Assembly: GCF_030851345.1 (NCBI RefSeq)
Contig: NZ_JALPNU010000013.1
Coordinates: forward strand, 67,709-99,708
DNA length: 32,000 nt
From: Marinifilum sp. D714
GTDB taxonomy: Bacteria > Bacteroidota > Bacteroidia > Bacteroidales > Marinifilaceae
Direction of reading: 5' to 3'
Positions 16,092 through 25,092 of the stretch are shown here, piece by piece. The translations under genes were made by a program, and so were the position numbers. Below the pieces are notes generated by a model. The model made no database searches, was not told the origin of the DNA, and saw only the letters and a list, made by a program, of their open reading frames with translations. Position 1 is the stretch's first letter, and each line of letters begins with the position of its first letter.

Positions 16092-16970
16092 TTACAATCC
16101 TCTCATCCATTCCTCGCGCAATCTTGCATTGGCAGGATCATCGAGAACTGCATTAATTCTATCGAGCATTTCCTGTTTGTCGCGAGGGAAGTTGCCACGC
16201 AAAACCAAATAGTTGGAAGCATGGTCGCTGCGGAAAACAGTTGATTCCAGTTCCAGGTTTTCGATAAAGACTTTCATTTCGGCAATCAGCTCAACGGTGT
16301 TCAAAGGAATAAATTCACCATCGAACTTTTTGGCAAAATGATCTTCGCCATAAGGATAGCTCAAAACCAATGTAGAAAGGAACTCTGGTTGAATTTCGTT
16401 GATTACCTTGGCAGAATTTAAGGCATGCTGGTAGGAGTAGTTTTTACCACCCAGTCCGTTTAGAATCATTACCGAAAGTTTGATTCCTGCTGCACGCGCT
16501 CTTTTTAAAGCTTTGGCAGTACTCTCATAGTTTTCCGATTTGTTGATTCTGCCCAACAATTCATCATCCCCAGACTCGATTCCTACGTATAGAAGTTTTA
16601 ATCCTTTTGCCGCCAATTGTTGTAGCTCTTCATCAGTTTTGGCTTCAATATCTTTAGGCAAAGCATAGGCTGATACACGAGTCAATCTTGGAAACTTCTC
16701 ATTTAATCTGTCCAATATGCGCGAAAGCTTGTCAAAGGATAATACCATTGCATTGCCATCAGCCAAAAATACCTTGCGATAATGATTGGCATAGGGCTGC
16801 ATGGAAGCTATATCGGCAAAAATATCTTCTTCTTTGCGAGTGCGAAATTGCTTGCTGCTGTACATTTCGCAAAATGCACACTTGTTCCAGGCACATCCTA
16901 GTGTTACCTGCAGTATAAAGGAGTAGGCCTCGCTTGGCGGGCGGAATAATGGTTCGTCGTATTGGATCAT
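16092..16970 (-). CDS. Radical SAM protein with non-canonical CX4CX2C cluster motif
   Basis: The track ORF extends to 17072, but that extension translates the hairpin element. The ATG at 16970 gives MIQYDEPLFRPPSEAYSFILQVTLGCAWNKCAFCEMY.... The cysteine spacing was confirmed at the codon level (TGT GCC TGG AAC AAG TGT GCA TTT TGC). GIESGDDELL and a TIM-barrel-like pattern follow. Confidence 0.8.
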   Translation of the reverse strand: MIQYDEPLFRPPSEAYSFILQVTLGCAWNKCAFCEMYSSKQFRTRKEEDIFADIASMQPYANHYRKVFLADGNAMVLSFDKLSRILDRLNEKFPRLTRVSAYALPKDIEAKTDEELQQLAAKGLKLLYVGIESGDDELLGRINKSENYESTAKALKRARAAGIKLSVMILNGLGGKNYSYQHALNSAKVINEIQPEFLSTLVLSYPYGEDHFAKKFDGEFIPLNTVELIAEMKVFIENLELESTVFRSDHASNYLVLRGNFPRDKQEMLDRINAVLDDPANARLREEWMRGL

Positions 16971-16992
16971 GATGGCAAAAATAATACGTAGG

Positions 16993-17010
16993 GACGTTGA
17001 ATGCAACGTC
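16993..17010. repeat. Palindromic hairpin element, copy B (GACGTTG-AATG-CAACGTC)
   Basis: 7-bp stem in the divergent promoter region between the radical SAM and acylphosphatase genes. Same flanks as copy A. Confidence 0.7.
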
Positions 17011-17124
17011 TGTAAGTGTAAATGATTGAAATCATATAAAATCATAAGCATCATGAAAACCTGCGTCTTCATGAGTAGATCATGTTCCTAACTTAAATTT
17101 CTTAACTTCGTAACTCAAATTGTA

Positions 17125-17409
17125 ATGGATTCGTTTGTGGCAGAAAAATCAGTAAATATCACCGTTTTTGGAAAAGTACAAGGAGTTGGTTTTCGTTATC
17201 ATACCAGAAAGGCGGCGCAGCGTTTTGGTGTGAATGGTTTTGTAAAGAACCAGGTAAACGGAACAGTTTATGTAGAAGCAGAAGGGGATGAATTGGCTGT
17301 TGAATTGTTTTGCGAGTGGTGTAAGCAAGGACCAGACTGGGCCAGAGTAGATCGCATTAATATTTGCGATGCTGGTGCGAAAGAATATTCTGGATTCGAA
17401 ATCAGGTAA
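17125..17409 (+). CDS. acyP: Acylphosphatase
   Basis: 94 aa. Signature V.GKVQGVGFRY...A...GV.G.V.N...G.V, with C-terminal ...GFEIR. Confidence 0.9.
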   Translation: MDSFVAEKSVNITVFGKVQGVGFRYHTRKAAQRFGVNGFVKNQVNGTVYVEAEGDELAVELFCEWCKQGPDWARVDRINICDAGAKEYSGFEIR

Positions 17410-17421
17410 TGGTATAAAAAT

Positions 17422-17450
17422 AAAAAAAGCTCCGAAGTAATTTCGAAGCT
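17422..17450 (-). terminator. Rho-independent terminator of tRNA-Gln copy 1 (also closes acyP on the plus strand)
   Basis: The minus strand reads AGCTTCGAA-ATTAC-TTCGGAGCT, a 9-bp stem with one G.U pair, followed by TTTTTTT. Confidence 0.8.
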
Positions 17451-17456
17451 TTTAAG

Positions 17457-17527
17457 TTGACCCATAAGGACTCGAACCTTAAACGTCTGGACCAAAACCA
17501 GATGTGTTACCATTACACCATGGGTCA
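17457..17527 (-). tRNA. tRNA-Gln (anticodon UUG), copy 1
   Basis: Reverse complement: TGACCCA TG GTGT AATGGTA ACAC A TCTGG TTTTGGT CCAGA CGTT TAAGG TTCGAGT CCTTA TGGGTCA A. This is a full cloverleaf with a U1-A72 pair as in bacterial tRNA-Gln, the anticodon loop is uU-UUG-Gu, and CCA is not encoded. Confidence 0.9.
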
Positions 17528-17560
17528 ATACCATACAGTCATTTTCTGACTAAGACGCTG

Positions 17561-17568
17561 CAAATATA
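17561..17568 (-). promoter_or_regulatory. -7 promoter box TATATTTG for tRNA-Gln copy 1
   Basis: Matches Bacteroidota TAnnTTTG, 34 nt upstream of the tRNA 5' end. Confidence 0.6.
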
Positions 17569-17682
17569 GTGGAAATATTTTTACGTCAAAACGAAAAATT
17601 ACAAAAATATTGCGAAGATTTTTGCATTAGGAAATAGGAGCGCTTGAATGCTTCTCATTGTCAATTTGAAAGAGGTTTAGAA

Positions 17683-18048
17683 ATGGAAGAAAAAAAAATT
17701 GAATCTTTAACTGGAAAGTGGATTTACGAAGAGGATTATGGCTATGGGACGGCCCAGGGAGAGTTAATTTTGGTGCAGGAAGGAAAGAAATTGTCTGGCA
17801 AAATTATTTTTTCGGAGAATGCCGATTCCGATGATACATTCATGATTCAGGAGAAAATAGAAGGAGAAATTAACAAAAACAGAATTAAAATTCAGGCAAC
17901 GGAATACGATATCATTCATGCGGATTACGATATACGATATGAATTGGACTCCTGGGAAGGAATGATGATTAATGAAACCATTATTGAAGGAGAAAGTTTG
18001 GATGATCAGGGAGTGGCCGGGAGTTTTAGGTTTACGAAGATCGTTTGA
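17683..18048 (+). CDS. Hypothetical cytoplasmic protein (121 aa)
   Basis: The track ORF starts at a TTG at 17644. The in-frame ATG at 17683 (MEEKKIESLTGKWIYEEDYGYG...) is more plausible. It looks beta-rich, with no signal peptide. No family recognised. Confidence 0.55.
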   Translation: MEEKKIESLTGKWIYEEDYGYGTAQGELILVQEGKKLSGKIIFSENADSDDTFMIQEKIEGEINKNRIKIQATEYDIIHADYDIRYELDSWEGMMINETIIEGESLDDQGVAGSFRFTKIV

Positions 18049-18342
18049 AAGTACAAGAGTAGAAAAGTGAAAAAGTATGAAAAGAAAGAAAAGTCTTGAA
18101 GAGTGGTAAAGTACAGAGAAAATAAGGGTTTAAATATTTTGAAGTACTAAAATCGAATTTAGGTCTCCCCTTTTAGGGGATCCGCGATAACTATCGGGAG
18201 GTGACAGCCAGAGGGTGCATTTTTGATTATATTTTTCTTATTTCACCCTTTTCCCGGTCGGGATTTTCCCTAAAAGGGAAAAACTCTATTTGAAAATGCG
18301 ATAAGAGATTTTATCACTGCCTAAACTATGGAGTATGAATTG

Positions 18343-18369
18343 CTCCGAGTTTCAATTTGGAGTTTTTTT
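18343..18369 (+). terminator. Orphan rho-independent terminator-like hairpin
   Basis: CTCCGA-GTTTCAAT-TTGGAG is a 6-bp stem with one G.U pair, followed by TTTTTTT. It lies 295 nt downstream of the nearest plus-strand stop (18048). Confidence 0.5.
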
Positions 18370-18458
18370 AGAATTGGTTAGGAATTCCGAAAGAAGTGAA
18401 AATTATAATGTTCCGACTTTCAAATCGGAGTTCAGATATGGTACATAAGTATGGATAC

Positions 18459-18493
18459 AAAAAAAGCTTCGAAAGTAATTTCGAAGCTTTTTT
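18459..18493 (-). terminator. Rho-independent terminator of tRNA-Gln copy 2 (bidirectional shape)
   Basis: AGCTTCGAAA-GTAA-TTTCGAAGCT is a 10-bp perfect stem flanked by A7 and T5 runs. Confidence 0.85.
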
Positions 18494-18496
18494 AAG

Positions 18497-18567
18497 TTGA
18501 CCCATAAGGACTCGAACCTTAAACGTCTGGACCAAAACCAGATGTGTTACCATTACACCATGGGTCA
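18497..18567 (-). tRNA. tRNA-Gln (anticodon UUG), copy 2
   Basis: All 71 nt are identical to copy 1. Confidence 0.9.
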
Positions 18568-18597
18568 ATCATAATGCGCCTTTTCGTAAAGACTCTG

Positions 18598-18605
18598 CAA
18601 ATGTA
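18598..18605 (-). promoter_or_regulatory. -7 promoter box TACATTTG for tRNA-Gln copy 2
   Basis: Matches TAnnTTTG, 31 nt upstream of the tRNA 5' end. The surrounding GAC.CTGCAAAT.TAGT is conserved with copy 1, while the rest of the leader is not. Confidence 0.6.
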
Positions 18606-18737
18606 GTAATTTTTTTTTTTGTGCAAACAAATTCCGAAAAATATTCTGTAGGAATTCAAGGGAAACACTGAAATTTGACTATTTTCGTTCAGATTATTTC
18701 ACTACGAATCAGTAAAAAAAACAAAAATACACACAAG

Positions 18738-21700
18738 ATGAAGTCGAATTACAAATTGGTTAATAATGTGTTAGGATGGGTAGCTTTTCTTATCGCTGCC
18801 ATTACTTACTTGTTAACAATTGAACCAACTGCCAGTTTATGGGATTGTGGAGAATTTATTACCACAGCTTATGGTTTAGAGGTTGGTCACCCACCAGGAG
18901 CCCCTCTTTTCATGATTATGGCTCGATTTTTTGCACTTTTTGCACCAAGTCCTTCCGAAGCTGCCTTAATGGTAAATGTAATGTCTGCTTTGGCTTCGGC
19001 ATTTACAATTCTGTTTTTGTTCTGGACCATTACTCATCTTGCGAAAAAATTGGTTGACAAAAACGAAGAACTTTCGAAAGGAAATCTATTTGCGATTATG
19101 GGAACCGGAATGGTAGGAGCTTTGGCTTACACTTTTTCTGATACCTTTTGGTTTTCGGCAGTAGAAGGTGAAGTTTATGCATTATCATCACTGTTTACAG
19201 CCATTGTTTTCTGGGCAATCCTGAAATGGGAGGATGTTGCTGACGAGAAGTACGCCAACCGTTGGATTATTTTGATTGCATACCTAATGGGATTATCGAT
19301 TGGGGTTCACTTGTTGAACTTGCTTGCCATTCCTGCCATTGTTTTTGTGTATTACTTTAAAAAGTATGAACCAACTCGAAATGGAATTATCGCTGCAGGA
19401 GCTATTGCGGTAGCCATTTTAGGAGTGGTAATGTATGGTGTTATTCCTGGCGTTGTTAAAGTGGCATCGTGGTTCGAGCTGATGTTTGTAAACGGATTTG
19501 GATTGCCTTACAATACTGGTGTAATGGTGTATGCTGTATTGCTGATTGCTTTTGTGATTTGGGCAATTGATTATACCATTAAAAAGAACTATGTGGTTTT
19601 AAATACCATTGTTACTGCCTTTATGGTGATTGTAATTGGTTACTCATCATTTGCAATGATTGTAATTCGTTCGTCGGCAAATCCACCAATGGATGAAAAT
19701 AATCCGGATAATGTATTTGCATTGCTTTCCTATTTAAATCGTGAGCAATATGGCGATAGACCATTGATGTATGGTGAGTATTACAATGCTCCGGCAGTTG
19801 ATTTGGTGGAAACCAAACCGAATTACATTCAGAAAAATAACAAATATGTAATTGCATCGCGCAAGCAAAAATATGAGTTCGACTCTCGTTTCGAAACTCT
19901 TTTCCCTCGTATGTATTCTTCTCGCGACAACCATGTTAGAGAGTACGAGTTTTGGGGCGATGTGAAAAAAAATAACCCAATTGCATTAGGTAATGGAGAA
20001 GTGGTTTACAAACCAAGTTTCGGATCGAACCTTCAGTTTTTCTTTAAATATCAGGTAGGATGGATGTATTGGCGATACTTCATGTGGAACTTTGTTGGTC
20101 GTCAGAACGACATTCAAGGTCATGGTGGAATTTTGCATGGCAACTGGGTATCGGGTATTCCTTTTATCGATAGAGCAAAAGTAGGAAACGAAGATAAATT
20201 GTACCCTGAGTTAAAGAACAAGAAATCGCGAAATAACTATTTCTTCCTGCCATTTATACTGGGATTAATTGGTTTGATTTACCAGTTTAGATCTGGCAAG
20301 AAAGGAAAGCAGGATTTCTCTATAGTAATGTTGTTGTTCTTCTTTACGGGATTGGCCATCGTGGTTTACCTGAATCAATATCCACATCAGCCACGTGAGC
20401 GTGATTATGCCTATGCCGGTTCGTTCTACGCTTTCGCGATATGGATTGGTTTTGGTGTGATGGGCTTATACCAGACACTGAAGAAGAAAATGCCTGAAGT
20501 TTTAAGTGCAGGATTAATTACAGGTTTGTGTCTGGTAGCTGTTCCAGGATTAATGGCACAGCAAAACTGGGATGATCATGATCGTTCGGGTCGTTATGCA
20601 ACTTTGGCTTATGCAAAGAACTATTTGAACTCATGTGCGCCAAATGCCATTTTGTTTACTTATGGAGATAACGATACTTTCCCATTGTGGTATGCACAGG
20701 AAGTGGAGGGAATTCGTCGAGATATTCGAATTGTGAACCTGAGTCTGTTGGCTGGTGATTGGTACATCAACCAAATGCGTAACAAGGCTTACGATTCTGA
20801 CCCTATTCCGATGAGTTTTGGACCAGAAAAAGTTGAGCCAGGGAAGCGTGATCAGGTGCCTATTTTGGAACGTCTGGAGGATGAAGAATCATTACAGCAA
20901 ATGCTTGACTTTGTAGCCAGCGATAATAAGGCTTCAAAGGTTGAAATGCAAACTGGCAGAAAACTGGATTACTTTCCGGGAAGAAATGTTTATATCCCAG
21001 TTGATTCGGCTAAGGTAGTGAACAACGGTACGGTTCGTCCTGAAGATGCACATTTGATCAAGAAAAAATTGGATTGGAAAATCAAGAGGAATTATCTGTA
21101 TAAGAATGACATCATGGTTTATGATATTATTGCCAATAACAATTGGGAACGACCAATTTATTTCTCAGTTGGTATGGGTACAAGTAGTTTCTTAGGTTTG
21201 GAAAAATATTTTCAGTTGGAAGGTGCAGCATACCGCTTAGTACCAATTGAAACCAAAACGAATAGTTTAGAAATTGGACGAATCGATACTGATATTCTGT
21301 ATGATAATTTCATGAACAAGTTCGAATTTGGTCGTATCAAAGAAGCAGATGTATATATGGATCAATTCCATATCTTAACCATTAATATCATGAGTTTCCG
21401 TTCTAATTACAGTCGTTTGGCAAGTCAGTTAAACGATGAAGGACAGATGGAAAAAGCCGTAAAAGTATTGGATAGATGTATGGAAGAATTGCCTACCAAC
21501 AAAATTCCATATGACAATAGTTTGGTTGGATTTATTCAAGAATATTACAGAGCTGGTGCAATTGATAAGGCAAATGCTTTATTTGAAGAGATGGCACAGC
21601 AATGCTACGATAAATTGGATTACTACTTCTCGTTACAACCAGCATTGGCTAAGAGTTTCCGTAACGAACAAGAGAGAGAGATTAGAGTTGTACAGATGCT

Positions 21701-21791
21701 GTTAGGCTTGGCTGAAATGGGTGGGCAAACAGAGCTGAAAGACAAAACACAACAGAAGTTTGAACTCTTGTTTAAATCCTTCACAGAATAA
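18738..21791 (+). CDS. DUF2723/TMEM260-like GT-C-fold membrane glycosyltransferase, paralog 1 (1017 aa)
   Basis: The track ORF starts at a TTG at 18675. The ATG at 18738 (MKSNYKLVNNVLGWVAFLIAA...) aligns with the start of paralog 2. The N-terminal half is polytopic, with the loop-1 motif SLWDCGEFITTAYGLEVGHPPGAP. The C-terminal part is large and soluble, ending in TPR-like helices. Confidence 0.8.
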   Translation: MKSNYKLVNNVLGWVAFLIAAITYLLTIEPTASLWDCGEFITTAYGLEVGHPPGAPLFMIMARFFALFAPSPSEAALMVNVMSALASAFTILFLFWTITHLAKKLVDKNEELSKGNLFAIMGTGMVGALAYTFSDTFWFSAVEGEVYALSSLFTAIVFWAILKWEDVADEKYANRWIILIAYLMGLSIGVHLLNLLAIPAIVFVYYFKKYEPTRNGIIAAGAIAVAILGVVMYGVIPGVVKVASWFELMFVNGFGLPYNTGVMVYAVLLIAFVIWAIDYTIKKNYVVLNTIVTAFMVIVIGYSSFAMIVIRSSANPPMDENNPDNVFALLSYLNREQYGDRPLMYGEYYNAPAVDLVETKPNYIQKNNKYVIASRKQKYEFDSRFETLFPRMYSSRDNHVREYEFWGDVKKNNPIALGNGEVVYKPSFGSNLQFFFKYQVGWMYWRYFMWNFVGRQNDIQGHGGILHGNWVSGIPFIDRAKVGNEDKLYPELKNKKSRNNYFFLPFILGLIGLIYQFRSGKKGKQDFSIVMLLFFFTGLAIVVYLNQYPHQPRERDYAYAGSFYAFAIWIGFGVMGLYQTLKKKMPEVLSAGLITGLCLVAVPGLMAQQNWDDHDRSGRYATLAYAKNYLNSCAPNAILFTYGDNDTFPLWYAQEVEGIRRDIRIVNLSLLAGDWYINQMRNKAYDSDPIPMSFGPEKVEPGKRDQVPILERLEDEESLQQMLDFVASDNKASKVEMQTGRKLDYFPGRNVYIPVDSAKVVNNGTVRPEDAHLIKKKLDWKIKRNYLYKNDIMVYDIIANNNWERPIYFSVGMGTSSFLGLEKYFQLEGAAYRLVPIETKTNSLEIGRIDTDILYDNFMNKFEFGRIKEADVYMDQFHILTINIMSFRSNYSRLASQLNDEGQMEKAVKVLDRCMEELPTNKIPYDNSLVGFIQEYYRAGAIDKANALFEEMAQQCYDKLDYYFSLQPALAKSFRNEQEREIRVVQMLLGLAEMGGQTELKDKTQQKFELLFKSFTE

Positions 21792-21811
21792 TACTTGAGC
21801 TTTATATAGAG

Positions 21812-21846
21812 AATGGCCGTCACAACAATGATGGCCATTTTTTTTT
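21812..21846 (+). terminator. Rho-independent terminator between the two GT-C paralogs
   Basis: AATGGCC-(14 nt)-GGCCATT is followed by a T9 run. Confidence 0.8.
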
Positions 21847-22029
21847 GCTTATGGTTTAATCATTAAATTATTCAGTTTGATAAGGGAAAAGTACATGTCG
21901 GTATCAGATTTACAATAAGTCGCAGTTTTATTTTAAGTTTTTTTCACATAATTAAAAACAATACTTTTTTCGGAAAGTAGTATCTTCGATGCTTAATCAC
22001 CATTTAATAAAACCCTTATTTCGACTGAT

Positions 22030-25000
22030 ATGAACAAATATCAAAAAATCAATGTGCTTTTTGGTTGGCTTTCATTTGCAATAGCCGCCATTGTTTACCT
22101 CTTAACCCTTGAACCTACTGTTAGTTTCTGGGATTGCGGAGAGTTTATAACTGCATCATACAAATTACAGATTGGTCATCCTCCTGGAGCACCATTTTTT
22201 ATGTTGTTGGCACGGTTTTTTGCATTGTTTGCCGGGGGAACTGAAAATGTGGCATTCATGATTAATGCACTTTCGGGCATGGTAAGTGCCTTTACAATTC
22301 TTTTCTTGTTTTGGACCATAACTCATTTGGCAAAAAAACTTGTTTCCAATGGAGAAGAACCTGTTGGAATGCAAATTTGGAAGATCATTGGAGCAGGTTT
22401 TATTGGAGCAATGGCTTATACTTTTTCAGATACATTCTGGTTTTCGGCAGTAGAAGGAGAGGTGTATGCAACATCATCGCTATTTACGGCAGTTGTATTT
22501 TGGTGTATTTTAAAATGGGAAAATGAGTCGGATAAGGCTTATGCCAACCGATGGATTATTTTGATTGCTTACCTAATGGGTTTGTCAATTGGAGTTCACC
22601 TGTTGAATTTATTGGCGATACCAGCCATTGTAATGGTGTACTATTTTAAGAACTATACGCCTACACGAAATGGAATTATCAAAGCTCTTGGGTTGGCGAT
22701 ACTCTTACTTGGTGGAGCCATGTATGTAATTATTCCTGGAGTTGTGAAGCTCGCATTCCTGTTTGATTTATTCTTTGTAAATGTAATTGGATTGCCATTT
22801 AATTCTGGTTTAATCATATTCATACTAGCTGTAATTGCAGCAATTGTTTGGGGTGTTCGATATACCATTCAAAAGCAAAAAGTTCTTGCCAATACAATTC
22901 TGATGGCATTTGCGGTTGTGTTAATTGGATATTCGTCCTATGCAGTAATCATGATTCGATCCAATGCAAATCCTAGTTTGGATCAGAACAACCCTGAAGA
23001 TTTACATACCTTACTATCCTATTTAAATAGAGAGCAATATGGTGATACACCATTAATTTATGGGCAGTATTTTAATTCACCTTTGGTTGAAAATAAACGA
23101 TTTGTAAAAGATAAGAATGTATACATCAAGAAGGATGGAAAATATGTGGTTTCGTTTGAGAAAACAAAGGCAAATTTTAAAGATTCGCACAAATCCATTT
23201 TTCCAAGAATGCACACCAAAGGCATGACAGGAAAGAATCCTGTTGAGTATGCAAAATGGACTGGTATTAATCCTGAGCAGAAAGAAATACCGAGTTTTGG
23301 CCAAAATCTGAAATTCTTCTTCTCATACCAGGTGAATTACATGTATGTTCGCTATTTCTTATGGAATTTTGCAGGCAGACAATCTGATAAACAGTCGTAT
23401 GGAGGAGTGGTAGAAGGAAACTGGATATCTGGAATTCCATTTATCGACAATATGCGATTGGGCGATCAATCTCTTCGTCCGGATCACATGAAAAATAATA
23501 GAGGAAGTAACAAGTATTATTTCCTGCCATTTTTATTGGGAATTGCAGGGTTGCTTTATCAATATCGAAAGAACAGTGCAGGCCAGAAAGACTTTTGGGT
23601 GATCATGCTCTTATTTGTGTTTACCGGAATTGCCATTGTGTTGTATTTGAATCAACCTCCTTTGCAACCTCGCGAAAGGGATTATGCCTATGCAGGATCG
23701 TTTTATGCTTTTGCCATTTGGATTGGTTTGGGCTTTTTAGCTGTGTTGGAAGTTAGCAAGAAGGTTCTGAAATCAGAGAAAATTGCAGTTCCTGCTGTAT
23801 TTGTTCTTTGTTTTGTTGCTGTGCCTGGACTTATGGCTCAACAAAATTGGGATGATCACGACAGATCGGGAAGATATTTGGCTCGCGATATGGCCTATAA
23901 TTATTTGAATTCTTGCGAACCCAATGCCATTTTATTCACTATGGGCGATAATGATACTTTCCCACTTTGGTATTTGCAGGAAGTAGAAGGCATTCGTACC
24001 GATGTTCGTGTATGTAATTTGAGTTACCTGTCTACCGATTGGTATATCGATCAAATGAAGCAGCAGAACTACGATTCGGCACCACTTCCAGTATCAATGA
24101 CAAAAGATAAATACCTGGAAGGAAAACGAGATATTGTTTATTTGGTAGATGATCCAAGATTGAAAGCTTATGTAGAGAAGAACAATGGTTTGGATATCAA
24201 AGATGCCTTGGAATATGTTTTAAGCGATAAAGAAAGTACGAAAAACATTTATGGTTACGATGAAAGGATTGATCACTTTCCTGCCAGTAAGTTCAGATTG
24301 GTAGTTGACAAAGAACAAATTCTAAAAACAGGTATAGTAAGTGAAAAAGACTCTGCTTTGATTGTAGATCAGTTGGAGTGGGAGATGAAAGGAAATTATA
24401 TCGAGAAAGCCGGACTAACCTTGTATAACATGCTTTTGGAAAACAATTGGAAAAGACCAATGTATTTTGCAATTACAGTTCCATCGAATGGTTATTACGG
24501 GTTGGAAAATTATTTTCAATTAGAAGGATTTGCTTATCGATTGGTTCCAGTAAAAACAGAAAACGAAGATGGGCAAGTTGGTAGAGTTAATGGATCGAAA
24601 ATGTATACCAACATGCTAGAAAAATTTAGGTGGGGAAATATTGAGGATCCAGATGTATATTTGGATGAGACTTGTTCGAGAATGACTTTGAGTATGCGCA
24701 ATAATTATTTGCGATTGGCAGAGACTTTAATGGACGAGGGAAAAAGAGATTCGGCTGTTATGGCACTTAATAAGTGTGTGGAGTTGATCCCAAATGATAG
24801 AGTTCCTTTGGATTATTGGGGAGTTTTAATTGCAAAAGCTTACTATCGCGCTGCAGAATATGAAAAGGCAAATCAGTTGGTGCAAGAGGTTTCGGAACGT
24901 TTGGTGCAAGAGTTGGATTATTATGCCAGCCTGACTCCGGTTTCGACATCAGAATATCCTCGTTGGCAAAACCGAAATTTGTATTTGATGCAGGAGCTGT

Positions 25001-25092
25001 ATCAAATTACGGCACGATATGAACAAGAAGATCTGAATAAGAAAATTGAATTGGAATTTAAGAGGTTGTTAGGGAATTATAGGAAGGGATAA
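22030..25092 (+). CDS. DUF2723/TMEM260-like GT-C-fold membrane glycosyltransferase, paralog 2 (1020 aa)
   Basis: Colinear with paralog 1. Long identical blocks include FWTITHLAKKLV, AYTFSDTFWFSAVEGEVYA, YANRWIILIAYLMGLSIGVHLLNLLAIPAIV, LSYLNREQYGD, QPRERDYAYAGSFYAFAIWIG and VPGLMAQQNWDDHDRSGRY. Confidence 0.8.
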   Translation: MNKYQKINVLFGWLSFAIAAIVYLLTLEPTVSFWDCGEFITASYKLQIGHPPGAPFFMLLARFFALFAGGTENVAFMINALSGMVSAFTILFLFWTITHLAKKLVSNGEEPVGMQIWKIIGAGFIGAMAYTFSDTFWFSAVEGEVYATSSLFTAVVFWCILKWENESDKAYANRWIILIAYLMGLSIGVHLLNLLAIPAIVMVYYFKNYTPTRNGIIKALGLAILLLGGAMYVIIPGVVKLAFLFDLFFVNVIGLPFNSGLIIFILAVIAAIVWGVRYTIQKQKVLANTILMAFAVVLIGYSSYAVIMIRSNANPSLDQNNPEDLHTLLSYLNREQYGDTPLIYGQYFNSPLVENKRFVKDKNVYIKKDGKYVVSFEKTKANFKDSHKSIFPRMHTKGMTGKNPVEYAKWTGINPEQKEIPSFGQNLKFFFSYQVNYMYVRYFLWNFAGRQSDKQSYGGVVEGNWISGIPFIDNMRLGDQSLRPDHMKNNRGSNKYYFLPFLLGIAGLLYQYRKNSAGQKDFWVIMLLFVFTGIAIVLYLNQPPLQPRERDYAYAGSFYAFAIWIGLGFLAVLEVSKKVLKSEKIAVPAVFVLCFVAVPGLMAQQNWDDHDRSGRYLARDMAYNYLNSCEPNAILFTMGDNDTFPLWYLQEVEGIRTDVRVCNLSYLSTDWYIDQMKQQNYDSAPLPVSMTKDKYLEGKRDIVYLVDDPRLKAYVEKNNGLDIKDALEYVLSDKESTKNIYGYDERIDHFPASKFRLVVDKEQILKTGIVSEKDSALIVDQLEWEMKGNYIEKAGLTLYNMLLENNWKRPMYFAITVPSNGYYGLENYFQLEGFAYRLVPVKTENEDGQVGRVNGSKMYTNMLEKFRWGNIEDPDVYLDETCSRMTLSMRNNYLRLAETLMDEGKRDSAVMALNKCVELIPNDRVPLDYWGVLIAKAYYRAAEYEKANQLVQEVSERLVQELDYYASLTPVSTSEYPRWQNRNLYLMQELYQITARYEQEDLNKKIELEFKRLLGNYRKG

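Noticed and set aside
16971-17072. N-terminal 34-aa extension of the radical SAM ORF (MKTQVFMMLMILYDFNHLHLQTLHSTSLRIIFAI)
   Set aside because: The extension translates the palindromic hairpin element in the divergent promoter region. The conserved-looking protein begins at the ATG at 16970 (MIQYDEPLF...).
17268-17534. 88-aa minus-strand ORF (MVLTHGVMVTHLVLVQTFKVRVLMGQLK...), and its twin at 18368..18568
   Set aside because: Both are translations of the tRNA-Gln genes and their terminators. The shared peptide is simply the identical tRNA sequence read as codons.
17422-18605. Genomic island integrated at a tRNA gene
   Set aside because: Both tRNA copies are full length, whereas an att site would be a 3' fragment. 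Each has its own promoter and terminator. The intervening 970 bp encodes no integrase, excisionase or other mobility gene.
18675-18737. TTG-initiated upstream extensions of track ORFs (18675 for GT-C paralog 1; also 27136, 17644 and 9480)
   Set aside because: In each case an in-frame ATG a few codons downstream gives a sensible N-terminus: a match to the paralog start, a signal peptide, or a TM start. The extension also runs into promoter or terminator sequence.
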